Source: Candidatus Karelsulcia muelleri PSPU
Lineage (GTDB): Bacteria; Bacteroidota; Bacteroidia; Flavobacteriales; Blattabacteriaceae
Reading direction: 5' to 3'
Assembly: GCF_000829155.1 (NCBI RefSeq)
Contig: NZ_AP013293.1
Location: forward strand, 180,001 to 212,000
DNA length: 32,000 bases
Positions 1-9,426 of this stretch are shown here, one piece after another (within the stretch, counting starts at the first letter, position 1; each line of letters starts with the position of its first letter). A model generated the notes under the pieces. That model had not been told where the DNA came from. It made no database searches and saw only the letters and a program-made list of their open reading frames with translations. The translations under genes were made by a program, and so were the position numbers.

Positions 1-190
1 AATAGTCATTTAAATAAAAAATATTTTTATAATATAATTATTTGATAGATTAATATCAATAATTGTATTTTAAACACATATTATTAGATATATCTATAAC
101 ATTAATTAAAAGATCTTATTATTTCATAAATAGTTTATTTAAAATATTATATTAATTAAAAACGATTTTATACATCTAATTTTTAATAGT

Positions 191-325
191 ATTCTATTAC
201 CCACCCCAAATTAGGACACATCTTAGTAAGTCTAGGTCATAAATATTTAGCTAATTGTATTTGTGTTTTAGCTCTTTTTTAAAAAATATCCAATATAATT
301 TGGGTACGATAAAAAACTTTAGTTT
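191..325 (-). pseudogene. hflX: Degraded HflX-family GTPase fragment
   Basis: Reverse strand reads TKVFYRTQIILDIF*KRAKTQIQLAKYL*PRLTKMCPNLGWVIE in one frame with two stops. It resembles the HflX segment 'V(I/Y)DRTGLILDIFAQRA..KTQVELAQ...LLPRLTRMWTHL'. The GTPase domain that should follow is absent. Confidence 0.7.
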
Positions 326-439
326 TTATTATCCATCCTTTATAATAAGGATCTTTATTAATTTTTTTAGTTCCTAATTTATATTGTGCAATATAAGTTC
401 TAAAATTATTTTTATACATTCATGATCTTTAGTAAATTT

Positions 440-1750
440 TTATTTAAATCTAAATAAAATTTTTATTGGAATACCTGTAAAATTAAATTTTTCTCTTATC
501 TTATTTTCTATAAATCTTTTATATGTTTCTTTTATAAAATTTGGATAATTAGTAAAAAAAATAAATTGAGGATTATATGTTGGAATTTGGCTACAATATT
601 TTATTTTAATATATTTTCCATTTATTGATGGGGGAGTATTTTTATATAAAATAGGTAATATAATTTTGTTAAGTAAACTTGTTTTTATTTTTAATTTTAA
701 ATTAAATGAAATTTTCACTGCAGTTTTTATAGATTTAATTATATTTTTTTTTGTAAAAGATGAAGTAAAAAATATAGGTACATCATTAAAAGGAGTTATT
801 TTTTTTTTTATTTCTTTTTCATAATTAATTGATAAATTATTTTCATTTTTTTTAATTAAATCCCATTTATTTATTAAAATAACTATTCCTTTATTATTAT
901 TCTCAATAATTTTAAATATATTCAGATCTTGAGATTCAAAACCAGATTTAATATCTATTATTAGTAGACATACATCTGAATTTTGTATAGATTTAATGGC
1001 TCTCATTACAGAATAAAATTCTATATTTTCTTTTATTTTTTTTTTTTTTCTAATACCAGCAGTATCTACTAATATACATTCAATTCCAAATTTTTGATAT
1101 AAAACATCTATACTATCTCTTGTTGTTCCAGAAATGTTTGTAACAATATTTTGATTTTTATTTAACAATGTATTTATTAAAGTTGATTTTCCTACATTAG
1201 GACGTCCTACTATAGCTATTCTAGGAAATTTTTTTTTATTTTTATTTAAATAATTTTTTCTAAATATAGAGACAATTGAATCTAATAACTCTCCTGTTCC
1301 AGTTCCATTAATAGATGATATACAATATGTATTTGAAATACCAAGTTTTAAAAAATTTGAAGTATTATCTCTATTTTTAGAGATATCTATTTTATTTATT
1401 ACTAAATAAATAATTTTTTTTAATTTTAGTAGAATTTTTGATATATCGTAATCAATACCTAAAATATCATTGCTGGGATCTACTAAAAAAAGTATAATAT
1501 CTGATTCTTCTAATGCAAAAAAAAATTGTTCACATATTTTTTTTTCAAAAATATTTTCTGATTTATTTGTATATCCTCCTGTATCTATTAAACAAAATTC
1601 TATTCCATTCCAATTGCAAAAACCATAATTTCGATCTCTAGTTACGCAACTTTTATAATTAACTATAGATTTTCTATATCCTATTAAACGATTAAAAAGT
1701 GTAGATTTTCCAACATTAGAACGTCCTACTATAGAAACTATTTTATTCAT
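440..1750 (-). CDS. der: Ribosome-associated GTPase Der (EngA)
   Basis: Two tandem GTPase domains: IVGRSNVGKSTLFNRL/DTGG and IVGRPNVGKSTLINTLL/DTAG with NKWD; C-terminal KH-like domain. Confidence 0.97.
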   Translation of the reverse strand: MNKIVSIVGRSNVGKSTLFNRLIGYRKSIVNYKSCVTRDRNYGFCNWNGIEFCLIDTGGYTNKSENIFEKKICEQFFFALEESDIILFLVDPSNDILGIDYDISKILLKLKKIIYLVINKIDISKNRDNTSNFLKLGISNTYCISSINGTGTGELLDSIVSIFRKNYLNKNKKKFPRIAIVGRPNVGKSTLINTLLNKNQNIVTNISGTTRDSIDVLYQKFGIECILVDTAGIRKKKKIKENIEFYSVMRAIKSIQNSDVCLLIIDIKSGFESQDLNIFKIIENNNKGIVILINKWDLIKKNENNLSINYEKEIKKKITPFNDVPIFFTSSFTKKNIIKSIKTAVKISFNLKLKIKTSLLNKIILPILYKNTPPSINGKYIKIKYCSQIPTYNPQFIFFTNYPNFIKETYKRFIENKIREKFNFTGIPIKILFRFK

Positions 1751-1754
1751 AACA

Positions 1755-1865
1755 TATTAAATTTATATCTCCATAAGCATAATTTATCATACTAACTGTA
1801 GACCAAATTCTACATGAGTTTTTAACAAAGTTAAAGATAATAAATCAGCAGCAACTATTAATCCT
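1755..1865 (-). pseudogene. gcvP: Possible remnant of glycine dehydrogenase (glycine cleavage P protein)
   Basis: Reverse strand reads NIGLIVAADLLSLTLLKTHVEFGLQLV followed by stops. It resembles the conserved GcvP motif 'V(A)VAADIMSLVLL..PGE.GADIV'. Confidence 0.5.
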
Positions 1866-1937
1866 ATATTTTAGCTAAATAATAATATCTTCTTCCTGAA
1901 GAACTTTTAAATTTAAGAATTATAAAATATTTGTTTT

Positions 1938-2789
1938 TTATAATACATGTTTATATGCATTGTAAGAAGATCTTATTAATGGACCACTTTCTACATATAG
2001 AAAACCCATATCTAATGCAAGATTTTTATATTTTTTAAATAAATAAGGGTGAATAAAATTTTTTACAGGTAAATGTTTAATAGAAGGAGATAAATATTGG
2101 CCTATAGTAATGATATCAATTTTAGCATTTATACTATCTTTTAAAGTCTGTATAACTTCTTCTTCAGTTTCACCTAATCCTAACATTAGACCAGTTTTTG
2201 TTCTTATATTACTTTTAATTTTTATATATTTTAATACATTAATACTACGATCATACTTAGCTTGAACACGTACTTTTTTAGTTAATCTACGTACAGTTTC
2301 TATATTATGTGATATCACCTCTGGTTTTTCATTTATAATAATATTTATTAAATCTTCTCTTCCTTTAAAATCAGGAATTAATGTTTCTAATGTAATTTTA
2401 TAATTTATATTTCTTATAGCCTTTATTGTTTTTCCCCATATAATGGCTCCCATATCTTTTAAATCATCTCTATCTACTGATGTAATTACTGCATGTTTAA
2501 TTCTCATAATTTTTATAGAATGAGCAACTTTTTTTGGTTCCTCAAAATAAATTTTTTTTGGTTTACCTGTTTTTACTCCACAAAATTTACATGATCTTGT
2601 ACATATATTTCCTAATATCATAAAAGTAGCTACTCCTTTTCCCCAACATTCAGCTATATTAGGACAACTACCACTTTTGCAAATAGTATTTAAATTCTTA
2701 TCATTTGATAATTTAAGTATTTTATTATATTTTTTCCCTATTGGGAATTTAACACGTAACCATTTAGGTTTATAAAAATATATTTTCAT
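1938..2789 (-). CDS. lipA: Lipoyl synthase (radical SAM)
   Basis: CKSGSCPNIAECWGKGVATFMILGNICTRSCKFCGV contains both Fe-S cysteine motifs of LipA; also DVFSHNIETV-like DVIS..NIETVRRL. Confidence 0.97.
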   Translation of the reverse strand: MKIYFYKPKWLRVKFPIGKKYNKILKLSNDKNLNTICKSGSCPNIAECWGKGVATFMILGNICTRSCKFCGVKTGKPKKIYFEEPKKVAHSIKIMRIKHAVITSVDRDDLKDMGAIIWGKTIKAIRNINYKITLETLIPDFKGREDLINIIINEKPEVISHNIETVRRLTKKVRVQAKYDRSINVLKYIKIKSNIRTKTGLMLGLGETEEEVIQTLKDSINAKIDIITIGQYLSPSIKHLPVKNFIHPYLFKKYKNLALDMGFLYVESGPLIRSSYNAYKHVL

Positions 2790-2814
2790 TTTTTTTTAAA
2801 AATCGTAAATAAAA

Positions 2815-2970
2815 TTATTTAGATTTTTTATAATCACTTACAGTCAGTTTTTTTCTTTTTTTATATTTTCTTCTTTTTAATAATTTACGTCCATTTTTAC
2901 TATTCATTCTTTTTATAAAACCATGATTATTTATTTTTTTTCTATTAGAAGGTTGATAAGTTCTTTTCAT
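2815..2970 (-). CDS. rpmH: 50S ribosomal protein L34
   Basis: Manual reverse translation gives [51 protein letters not shown]. This is the L34 signature; the ORF is too short for the supplied track. Confidence 0.93.
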   Translation of the reverse strand: MKRTYQPSNRKKINNHGFIKRMNSKNGRKLLKRRKYKKRKKLTVSDYKKSK

Positions 2971-3031
2971 TATAAAAATAAATGAATTTTTTTATTTAAA
3001 AATAAATTTAAAAATATAATAACTAAAATAA

Positions 3032-3598
3032 ATGATTATATCTACATCAAATATAAAAAAAGGTTTATGTATTATTTTTAATAATGAAATATATAAAATT
3101 ATAGAATTTCTTCATGTTAAACCTGGTAAGGGGCCTGCTTTTATAAGAACTAAATTAAAAAATTTTATTACAGGACGTATAATAGAAAATAATTTTATTT
3201 CAGGTCATAAAATAAAAGAAATTAATTTAGAATATAAAATATATATATTTTTATATAAAAATAAAATTAATTACTATTTTATGAATATCAAAGATTATAA
3301 TCAAATATCAATAGAAAAAAAATATATAAAAAAATACAAATTTTTAAAATCTGGACAAGAAGTAATTATTATTTATAAAGAAAATAATAAAACGCCATTT
3401 TATGTTAAAATTCCTTCAAAAGTAATTTTAAAAGTAATTGATACAGAAATTGCTTTAAAAGGAGATACAGTAACAAATACCAATAAATATGTAAAGCTTG
3501 AAACAGGCTTGATTATACAAGTTCCACTTTTTATAAATATAGGTGATAATATAAAAATTAATACTGAAAATTCAATGTATATAGAAAGAATAAAATAA
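3032..3598 (+). CDS. efp: Elongation factor P
   Basis: HVKPGKGPAFIRTKLKNFITGRIIENNF is the EF-P domain I signature; three-domain length of 188 aa. Confidence 0.95.
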   Translation: MIISTSNIKKGLCIIFNNEIYKIIEFLHVKPGKGPAFIRTKLKNFITGRIIENNFISGHKIKEINLEYKIYIFLYKNKINYYFMNIKDYNQISIEKKYIKKYKFLKSGQEVIIIYKENNKTPFYVKIPSKVILKVIDTEIALKGDTVTNTNKYVKLETGLIIQVPLFINIGDNIKINTENSMYIERIK

Positions 3599-3600
3599 TT

Positions 3601-4482
3601 ATGAGTATATTAGTTAATAAATTTTCTAAAATTATAGTACAAGGCTTTACAGGAAAAGAAGGATCATTTCATTCTAATAAAATGATTTCTTATGGAACTC
3701 CTATAATTGGAGGGGTAACTCCAGGAAAAGGAGGAAAAAAACATTTAGGAAAACCTGTATTTAATACAGTAGAAGAAGCTGTAAAAAAATTAAATGCTAA
3801 TGTTAGTATAATATTTGTTCCACCTATGTTTGCATATGATGCAATTATTGAATCAATAGATTCAGGTATAAAAATAATAGTATGTATAACTGAAGGTATA
3901 CCTATTTCAGATATGTTAAAAATAAAAAATTATATTAATTTTAAAAAAAAATGTTTATTAATAGGACCAAATTGTCCTGGAATAATAACACCTAATGAGG
4001 CTAAAGTAGGAATAATGCCTGGATTTATTTTTAAAAAAGGAAGAGTCGGAATTGTTTCTAAATCAGGTACTCTTACATACGAAGCAGCCGATCAAATTGT
4101 AAAATCAGGATATGGAATATCTACAGCTGTAGGAATAGGAGGAGATCCTATTATAGGAACTACAATGAAATATATTATATCAGAATTTTTTAATGATTCT
4201 GAAACAGATATCATCGTTATGATAGGAGAAATAGGAGGAAAATTAGAAATAGATGCTGCAAAATGGATAAAAAATAAAAAAAATAAAAAACCAGTTTTAT
4301 GTTTTATTGCAGGACAGACAGCTCCAAAAGGAAGAACTATGGGACATGCGGGAGCAATAATAGGCAATAAAAATGATACGGCTATTTATAAAATAAATAT
4401 TTTAAAAAATTGTGGAATACATATAGTAAAATATCATTCACAAATAGGAAATGCAGTATTTAATTATTTTAATAATTGTTAA
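3601..4482 (+). CDS. sucD: Succinate-CoA ligase alpha subunit
   Basis: VQGFTGKEGSFHS, GGVTPGKGG, IGPNCPGIITP, GHAGAIIG motifs. Confidence 0.97.
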   Translation: MSILVNKFSKIIVQGFTGKEGSFHSNKMISYGTPIIGGVTPGKGGKKHLGKPVFNTVEEAVKKLNANVSIIFVPPMFAYDAIIESIDSGIKIIVCITEGIPISDMLKIKNYINFKKKCLLIGPNCPGIITPNEAKVGIMPGFIFKKGRVGIVSKSGTLTYEAADQIVKSGYGISTAVGIGGDPIIGTTMKYIISEFFNDSETDIIVMIGEIGGKLEIDAAKWIKNKKNKKPVLCFIAGQTAPKGRTMGHAGAIIGNKNDTAIYKINILKNCGIHIVKYHSQIGNAVFNYFNNC

Positions 4483-4638
4483 AAAATTTATAAAGAACGG
4501 GGGGTAATAAAATGTATAAAATATCCAATCTTATCTGATATAAATCAAATACAACTATTTATTTGGAGTTACCATTAGTAATGAATGTTAATTCAGCTAT
4601 TCGTATGGTAGATGCACTTAAATATTCTTAATAACTTT

Positions 4639-5412
4639 TTATAAGTAGGCCCATCTAATTTTATTATTTAATTTTTTATCAATTACAATTGTAATTGATA
4701 AAATCAAAATTAAAATTTTAGATTTATCATATAATGATAAAAATTTATTTGATGATATTATAGCAATCATATTATTATATATATGTATTAATATACATAT
4801 ATTTATCGAGAAAGTAGTTACATAACTAACTCCAATAATATTTCCTATAAAAAATCCACTTATAAATTGTAATATATTCATATGAATAAATCCAAATAAT
4901 AATGAAGAAAATAAAATGGCTTTTATAGGATCTTCATTATTATATAATATATTTAATATTATTCCTCTGAATAATATTTCTTCAAAAAATGGGGCTAATA
5001 GTGTTATTGTAGGTATAAATATATATGGATATTTATATGTTTTTATATCTAAATTTTTTATATCTTTCAAAGATTGTTTTGAAACAAAAAATTTATTTAA
5101 TCCACAAAAATAATTATTAAATAATATTATAAAAATTATAAAAATAAAAAAAAAATAATAATTTATTTTTTTATTTTTTTTTTTTAAAAATATAATTTTT
5201 TTATTATTTTTATTATTTTTAATATATATATATATTAATATATATGGAAATATATAAAGTGTATAAAATAAAGTATATTTATTTATATTTAAAATATAAA
5301 AATAGTTTTTTAAAATTAAAGTTAAAATTTTAAAAATTATAAATTTTAAAATTATTTCTATTGAATATTTGTAACTGAATTTTGAGTTCAGCACGTATAT
5401 AATTTTTGTCAT
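4639..5412 (-). CDS. CPBP-family intramembrane metalloprotease
   Basis: Hydrophobic protein with FEEILFRGIILN and FGFIHMN motifs (EExxxR ... FxxxH) typical of CPBP/Abi proteases. Confidence 0.75.
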   Translation of the reverse strand: MTKIIYVLNSKFSYKYSIEIILKFIIFKILTLILKNYFYILNINKYTLFYTLYIFPYILIYIYIKNNKNNKKIIFLKKKNKKINYYFFFIFIIFIILFNNYFCGLNKFFVSKQSLKDIKNLDIKTYKYPYIFIPTITLLAPFFEEILFRGIILNILYNNEDPIKAILFSSLLFGFIHMNILQFISGFFIGNIIGVSYVTTFSINICILIHIYNNMIAIISSNKFLSLYDKSKILILILSITIVIDKKLNNKIRWAYL

Positions 5413-5427
5413 CCATGTTTAATAAAG

Positions 5428-5511
5428 TGCGGGTAAAGGGACTTGAACCCCCATATCTGTAAAGATACTAGATCCTAAGTCTAGCGTGTATACCAATTCC
5501 ACCATACCCGC
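5428..5511 (-). tRNA. tRNA-Leu(UAG)
   Basis: Class II cloverleaf: acceptor GCGGGTA/TACCCGC, anticodon stem-loop CTAGA-CTTAGGA-TCTAG, long variable arm, GGTTCAAGTCC T arm. Confidence 0.93.
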
Positions 5512-5637
5512 ATGTTTTTTTTTACGTTTATAGCTATTTTTTTTTATGTCTATTTTTTCTACTTTTTTTTTTACGTTTATGTGTAGCTATTTTTTTTTTT
5601 TTTCTTTTTTTTCCGTTTGGCATATTTTAATTAAATT

Positions 5638-7383
5638 TTAAATTAACTGATATACTTTATTCATTATATCAGATATTGTAAAAGGAATTCCTTTTATTTT
5701 ATTTAAAGCAATTGGATCTATTAAAAAATTATTTCGTATAATATTAATTAATTGACCATTATTTATTTCGGGAATAAGAATTTTTTCAAAATTATATATT
5801 ATTTCTTTAATTCCATTAGGAAATGGATAGAGATATTCTAAATGCATACTAGATACAGAATATCCTTTTATAATCAGTTTTTTAACTGCTTCTGTTATAC
5901 AACCATAAGTAGATCCCCAACTTAATATTAGTAATTTTCCTTTTTTTTTACCTATATTAATTTTTTGAATAGGTAAATATTTTTTTATTTTATTTATTTT
6001 ATTTTGACGATATTTTATCATCAATTCATGATTATCTTTATCAGTAGATACATTTCCTGTTAAATGTTTTTTTTCTAATCCTCCTATTATATTTTCAAAG
6101 CCTATATTACCTGGTTTAACCCAATATCTTACTCCATTTTTATTTCTTTCATATGGAAAATATATAATATTTTTATTATAATTAATTTTAATTTTATTTA
6201 ATTTTTTTTCTTTAGGAATTTTCCATGTTTCATAGCAATTTGCTATATATCCATCACTAAGGATTATAACTGGAGTCATATATTCTATAGCAATTTTACA
6301 AGCAATAAAAGATATATAAAAACAATTAGAAGGAGATTTAGAAGCCAGTATTGGAATAGGACATTCTCCATGTCTTCCATAAAAAGCTTGCAATAAATCG
6401 GATTGTTCTGTTTTAGTTGGTAATCCTGTAGAAGGCCCAGCACGTTGAACATTTATAACTACTAATGGTAGTTCTAACATAAAACATAAACCTAATCCTT
6501 CTTGTTTAAGTGACATTCCAGGGCCTGAAGTTCCAGTCATACCTAAATGACCTGAATAAGATGCTCCTATTGATGAAGTAATAGCAGATATTTCATCTTC
6601 AGCTTGAAATGTTTTTATTCCATTTATTTTAATATTAGATAAATAACTAAATATTTCTGAAGCTGGAGTAATAGGATATCCTGAATAAAACATTTTTATA
6701 TTTGCTTTTTTACAAGCTGCAATTAATCCTAATGAAATACCTTCGTTTCCATTTATATTTATATAATTTTTTAATTTTAAATTAGAAATTAATTTTAATT
6801 TTTTTTCTTTTAAAAAAAAGTTTTTTTTACCAAAAAAAAATCCAGCTTTTAATAAAATTAAATTTATTTTAATTTTTTTTTTAAAAAATTTAATTTTTAT
6901 AAAATTTTTAATTTTATTTATTGATATATTATAAAACCAACATAAAAATCCTAATATAAACATATTATTATTTTTTATGTTTAATTTATTTTTAATTTTT
7001 ATATTATAAAATATATAATTTTTATTTTTTAAAGGATTTTCTAAATATCCTGCTAATTTTAATTGTTTTTTATTAAATCCAGAAATTTCAGCTATAATTA
7101 TTCCTCCAATTTTTAATTTATTTAAATATTTTTTTAATGAAAATGCATTCATTACTATGAATACATCATATTTATCTCCTATATATGAGATTTTTTTATG
7201 GCTAATATTTATTTTAAATACAGAAATTCCTGATTTAATATTAGTTGAACGTATTTCAGAAGGAAAATCTGAAACAGTACTTATATAATTTCCTAATGAA
7301 GTACATATATATGCAAATATTTTTCCAAGAAATTGGATTCCTTCTCCAGAATTTCCAGCAAATAGTATATTTATACTATTCAT
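5638..7383 (-). CDS. korA: 2-oxoacid:ferredoxin oxidoreductase, alpha (gamma-alpha fused) subunit, probably 2-oxoglutarate
   Basis: N-terminal FAGNSGEGIQFLGKIFAY (gamma domain); SYSGHLGMTGTSGPGMSLKQEGLGL and YPITPASEI alpha-domain motifs. Confidence 0.88.
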   Translation of the reverse strand: MNSINILFAGNSGEGIQFLGKIFAYICTSLGNYISTVSDFPSEIRSTNIKSGISVFKINISHKKISYIGDKYDVFIVMNAFSLKKYLNKLKIGGIIIAEISGFNKKQLKLAGYLENPLKNKNYIFYNIKIKNKLNIKNNNMFILGFLCWFYNISINKIKNFIKIKFFKKKIKINLILLKAGFFFGKKNFFLKEKKLKLISNLKLKNYININGNEGISLGLIAACKKANIKMFYSGYPITPASEIFSYLSNIKINGIKTFQAEDEISAITSSIGASYSGHLGMTGTSGPGMSLKQEGLGLCFMLELPLVVINVQRAGPSTGLPTKTEQSDLLQAFYGRHGECPIPILASKSPSNCFYISFIACKIAIEYMTPVIILSDGYIANCYETWKIPKEKKLNKIKINYNKNIIYFPYERNKNGVRYWVKPGNIGFENIIGGLEKKHLTGNVSTDKDNHELMIKYRQNKINKIKKYLPIQKINIGKKKGKLLILSWGSTYGCITEAVKKLIIKGYSVSSMHLEYLYPFPNGIKEIIYNFEKILIPEINNGQLINIIRNNFLIDPIALNKIKGIPFTISDIMNKVYQLI

Positions 7384-7385
7384 GT

Positions 7386-8396
7386 TTATATATTATTTAT
7401 ATATGTAAAATTTATTATTTTTTTAGCTATTTTTAGAAAAATATAATATATTTTTTTTTCATTTTTTAATACAATTGGACATCCAAAATCAGCAGATTTT
7501 CTAATACTTTCTATTATTGGAATTTCTCCTAAAAATTTAATATTTAAATATTTTGCCATTTTTTTAACTCCTTCTTCTCCAAAAATATAATATTTTTTAT
7601 TAGGTGATTCTTTAGGAGAAAAAAATGACATATTTTCTATAATTCCTATTATAGGAACATTAATCTGTTTAAGATTAAACATAGCTATTGATTTTCTAAC
7701 ATCTATTAAAGATATTATTTGAGGAGTACTTACTAAAATAACGCCCGTTATATTTAATTCTTGTATTAGAGAGAGAGTAATATCTCCAGTACCTGGAGGT
7801 AAATCTACTATTAAAAAATCTAATTTATCCCAAAAAGATTCATTTATAAATTCTTTTATAGCTTTACTTGCCATTGGTCCACGCCAAACTATAGCTTGAT
7901 TTAATTCTGAAAAAAAACCTATAGATAAAATTTTTATGCCATATTTAATAATAGGTAGTATTTTTTTACAATTTTCAATCTCTATTATAGATATTTTTTC
8001 ATTTTCAATATCAAACATTAAAGGTATTGAGGGACCATAAAGATCAGCATCTAATAATCCTACTTTAAATCCAAGATTTGATATTGTTAAAGCTATATTA
8101 GCAGCTATAGTTGATTTTCCTACCCCTCCTTTTCCAGAAGCGATTACAATAATATTTTTTATATTATTAATATATTTTTTTTCTTTTATATTTGAAATAA
8201 TTTTAATTTTAATATTTTTATATATATTTTTATATATACATTTTTTTATTTTTGATTCAATTTTTTTTTTATCATTAATATGATTTAATTCTATTTTAAT
8301 TAGAATTTTATTATTATTATATATAATAATATCAATTTTATTCTTAATTCCAATTTTTTTTATTAATTTTAAAATTTTATATTTAATTTTATTCAT
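7386..8396 (-). CDS. mrp: Mrp/ApbC family Fe-S cluster carrier ATPase
   Basis: ASGKGGVGKSTIAANIA deviant Walker A, DLPPGTGDITLSL, small N-terminal MIP18-like domain. Confidence 0.93.
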   Translation of the reverse strand: MNKIKYKILKLIKKIGIKNKIDIIIYNNNKILIKIELNHINDKKKIESKIKKCIYKNIYKNIKIKIISNIKEKKYINNIKNIIVIASGKGGVGKSTIAANIALTISNLGFKVGLLDADLYGPSIPLMFDIENEKISIIEIENCKKILPIIKYGIKILSIGFFSELNQAIVWRGPMASKAIKEFINESFWDKLDFLIVDLPPGTGDITLSLIQELNITGVILVSTPQIISLIDVRKSIAMFNLKQINVPIIGIIENMSFFSPKESPNKKYYIFGEEGVKKMAKYLNIKFLGEIPIIESIRKSADFGCPIVLKNEKKIYYIFLKIAKKIINFTYINNI

Positions 8397-9370
8397 TTTT
8401 TTTTATTAAAAGCATTTTTGATTTTTATCATTGTAATATTTGCTATTTTTTGAGCTTCTTCAGCTCCTTTATTTAAAATATAATATATTATATTTTTATT
8501 TTTTAAAAAAAATTTATATTTTTTTCTTTCATTTGAAAAACTATATATTATATATTTATATAATTCTATTTTTGCTTTTTCATATCCAAATTCTTTTTCA
8601 AAAAGAATTTTTTTTTCAAAATTTAAAATTTCAGCTTTATTAGCTAATAATATATATATATTATATATAATATCATTATTTAATTCCTCATAATAGGATA
8701 TTTTATTATTATTTGTATGTATATTCATTATTTGTTTTTTTATTTCTTTTTTAGAATAAAAAATATTTATTGTATTCTTTTTAGATTTACTCATTTTAGA
8801 TCCATCTATCCCTGGTATAGACATTGAATTTTTTTTCATTTTAGCTTCTGGTATTACAAATATTTTTTTAATTTTATTATTAATTTTTTTTGCAATTTTT
8901 CTAGTTATTTCAATATGTTGTAATTGATCTTTTCCAACGAAAACTATTTTTGTTTCAAAAAGAAGTATATCTGCTGCCATTAATATGGGATATGTAAAAA
9001 GTCCAATATTTCTATTTTTATTAGAATTCTTAATATTTTTAAATGAATGAGATAACTTCAATCTTTTATAAGGGAAAAAACAATTTAAATACCAAAAAAG
9101 TTCCGTTATTTGAGGAATATCAGATTGTTTGTATAATATTGCTTTATCTATATTTAATCCACAAGCTAACCATGCAGCGGCTATTTTATATGTATTATCT
9201 TTAATATCTTTAATATTTTTTATTTTTGTGAGTGAGTGTAAATCAGCTATTAAAATAAAAACTTTTTCTAATGAATTATTCACTATATCAATAATTGGTA
9301 ACATTACTCCTAATACATTTCCTATATGTGGAATACCAGTACTTTTAATTCCTGTTAAGATTCTCGACAT
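8393..9370 (-). CDS. trpS: Tryptophanyl-tRNA synthetase
   Basis: TGIKSTGIPHIGNVLG (HIGH-like) and GSKMSKSKKN (KMSKS); ADLHSL; GKDQLQHIE. Confidence 0.95.
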   Translation of the reverse strand: MSRILTGIKSTGIPHIGNVLGVMLPIIDIVNNSLEKVFILIADLHSLTKIKNIKDIKDNTYKIAAAWLACGLNIDKAILYKQSDIPQITELFWYLNCFFPYKRLKLSHSFKNIKNSNKNRNIGLFTYPILMAADILLFETKIVFVGKDQLQHIEITRKIAKKINNKIKKIFVIPEAKMKKNSMSIPGIDGSKMSKSKKNTINIFYSKKEIKKQIMNIHTNNNKISYYEELNNDIIYNIYILLANKAEILNFEKKILFEKEFGYEKAKIELYKYIIYSFSNERKKYKFFLKNKNIIYYILNKGAEEAQKIANITMIKIKNAFNKKK

Positions 9371-9426
9371 TATTTTTTATATTTTATTTAAATATATATA
9401 TTTAAATAAAATAAAATTTGTTATAA

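Noticed and set aside
4092-4367. 91-aa reverse-strand ORF
   Set aside because: Lies fully inside sucD on the opposite strand, which has unambiguous motifs; shadow ORF.
4916-5113. 65-aa forward ORF
   Set aside because: Antisense shadow of the CPBP protease gene with no recognisable family.
7245-7436. 63-aa forward ORF
   Set aside because: Mostly antisense to the korA start region; low-complexity hydrophobic translation.
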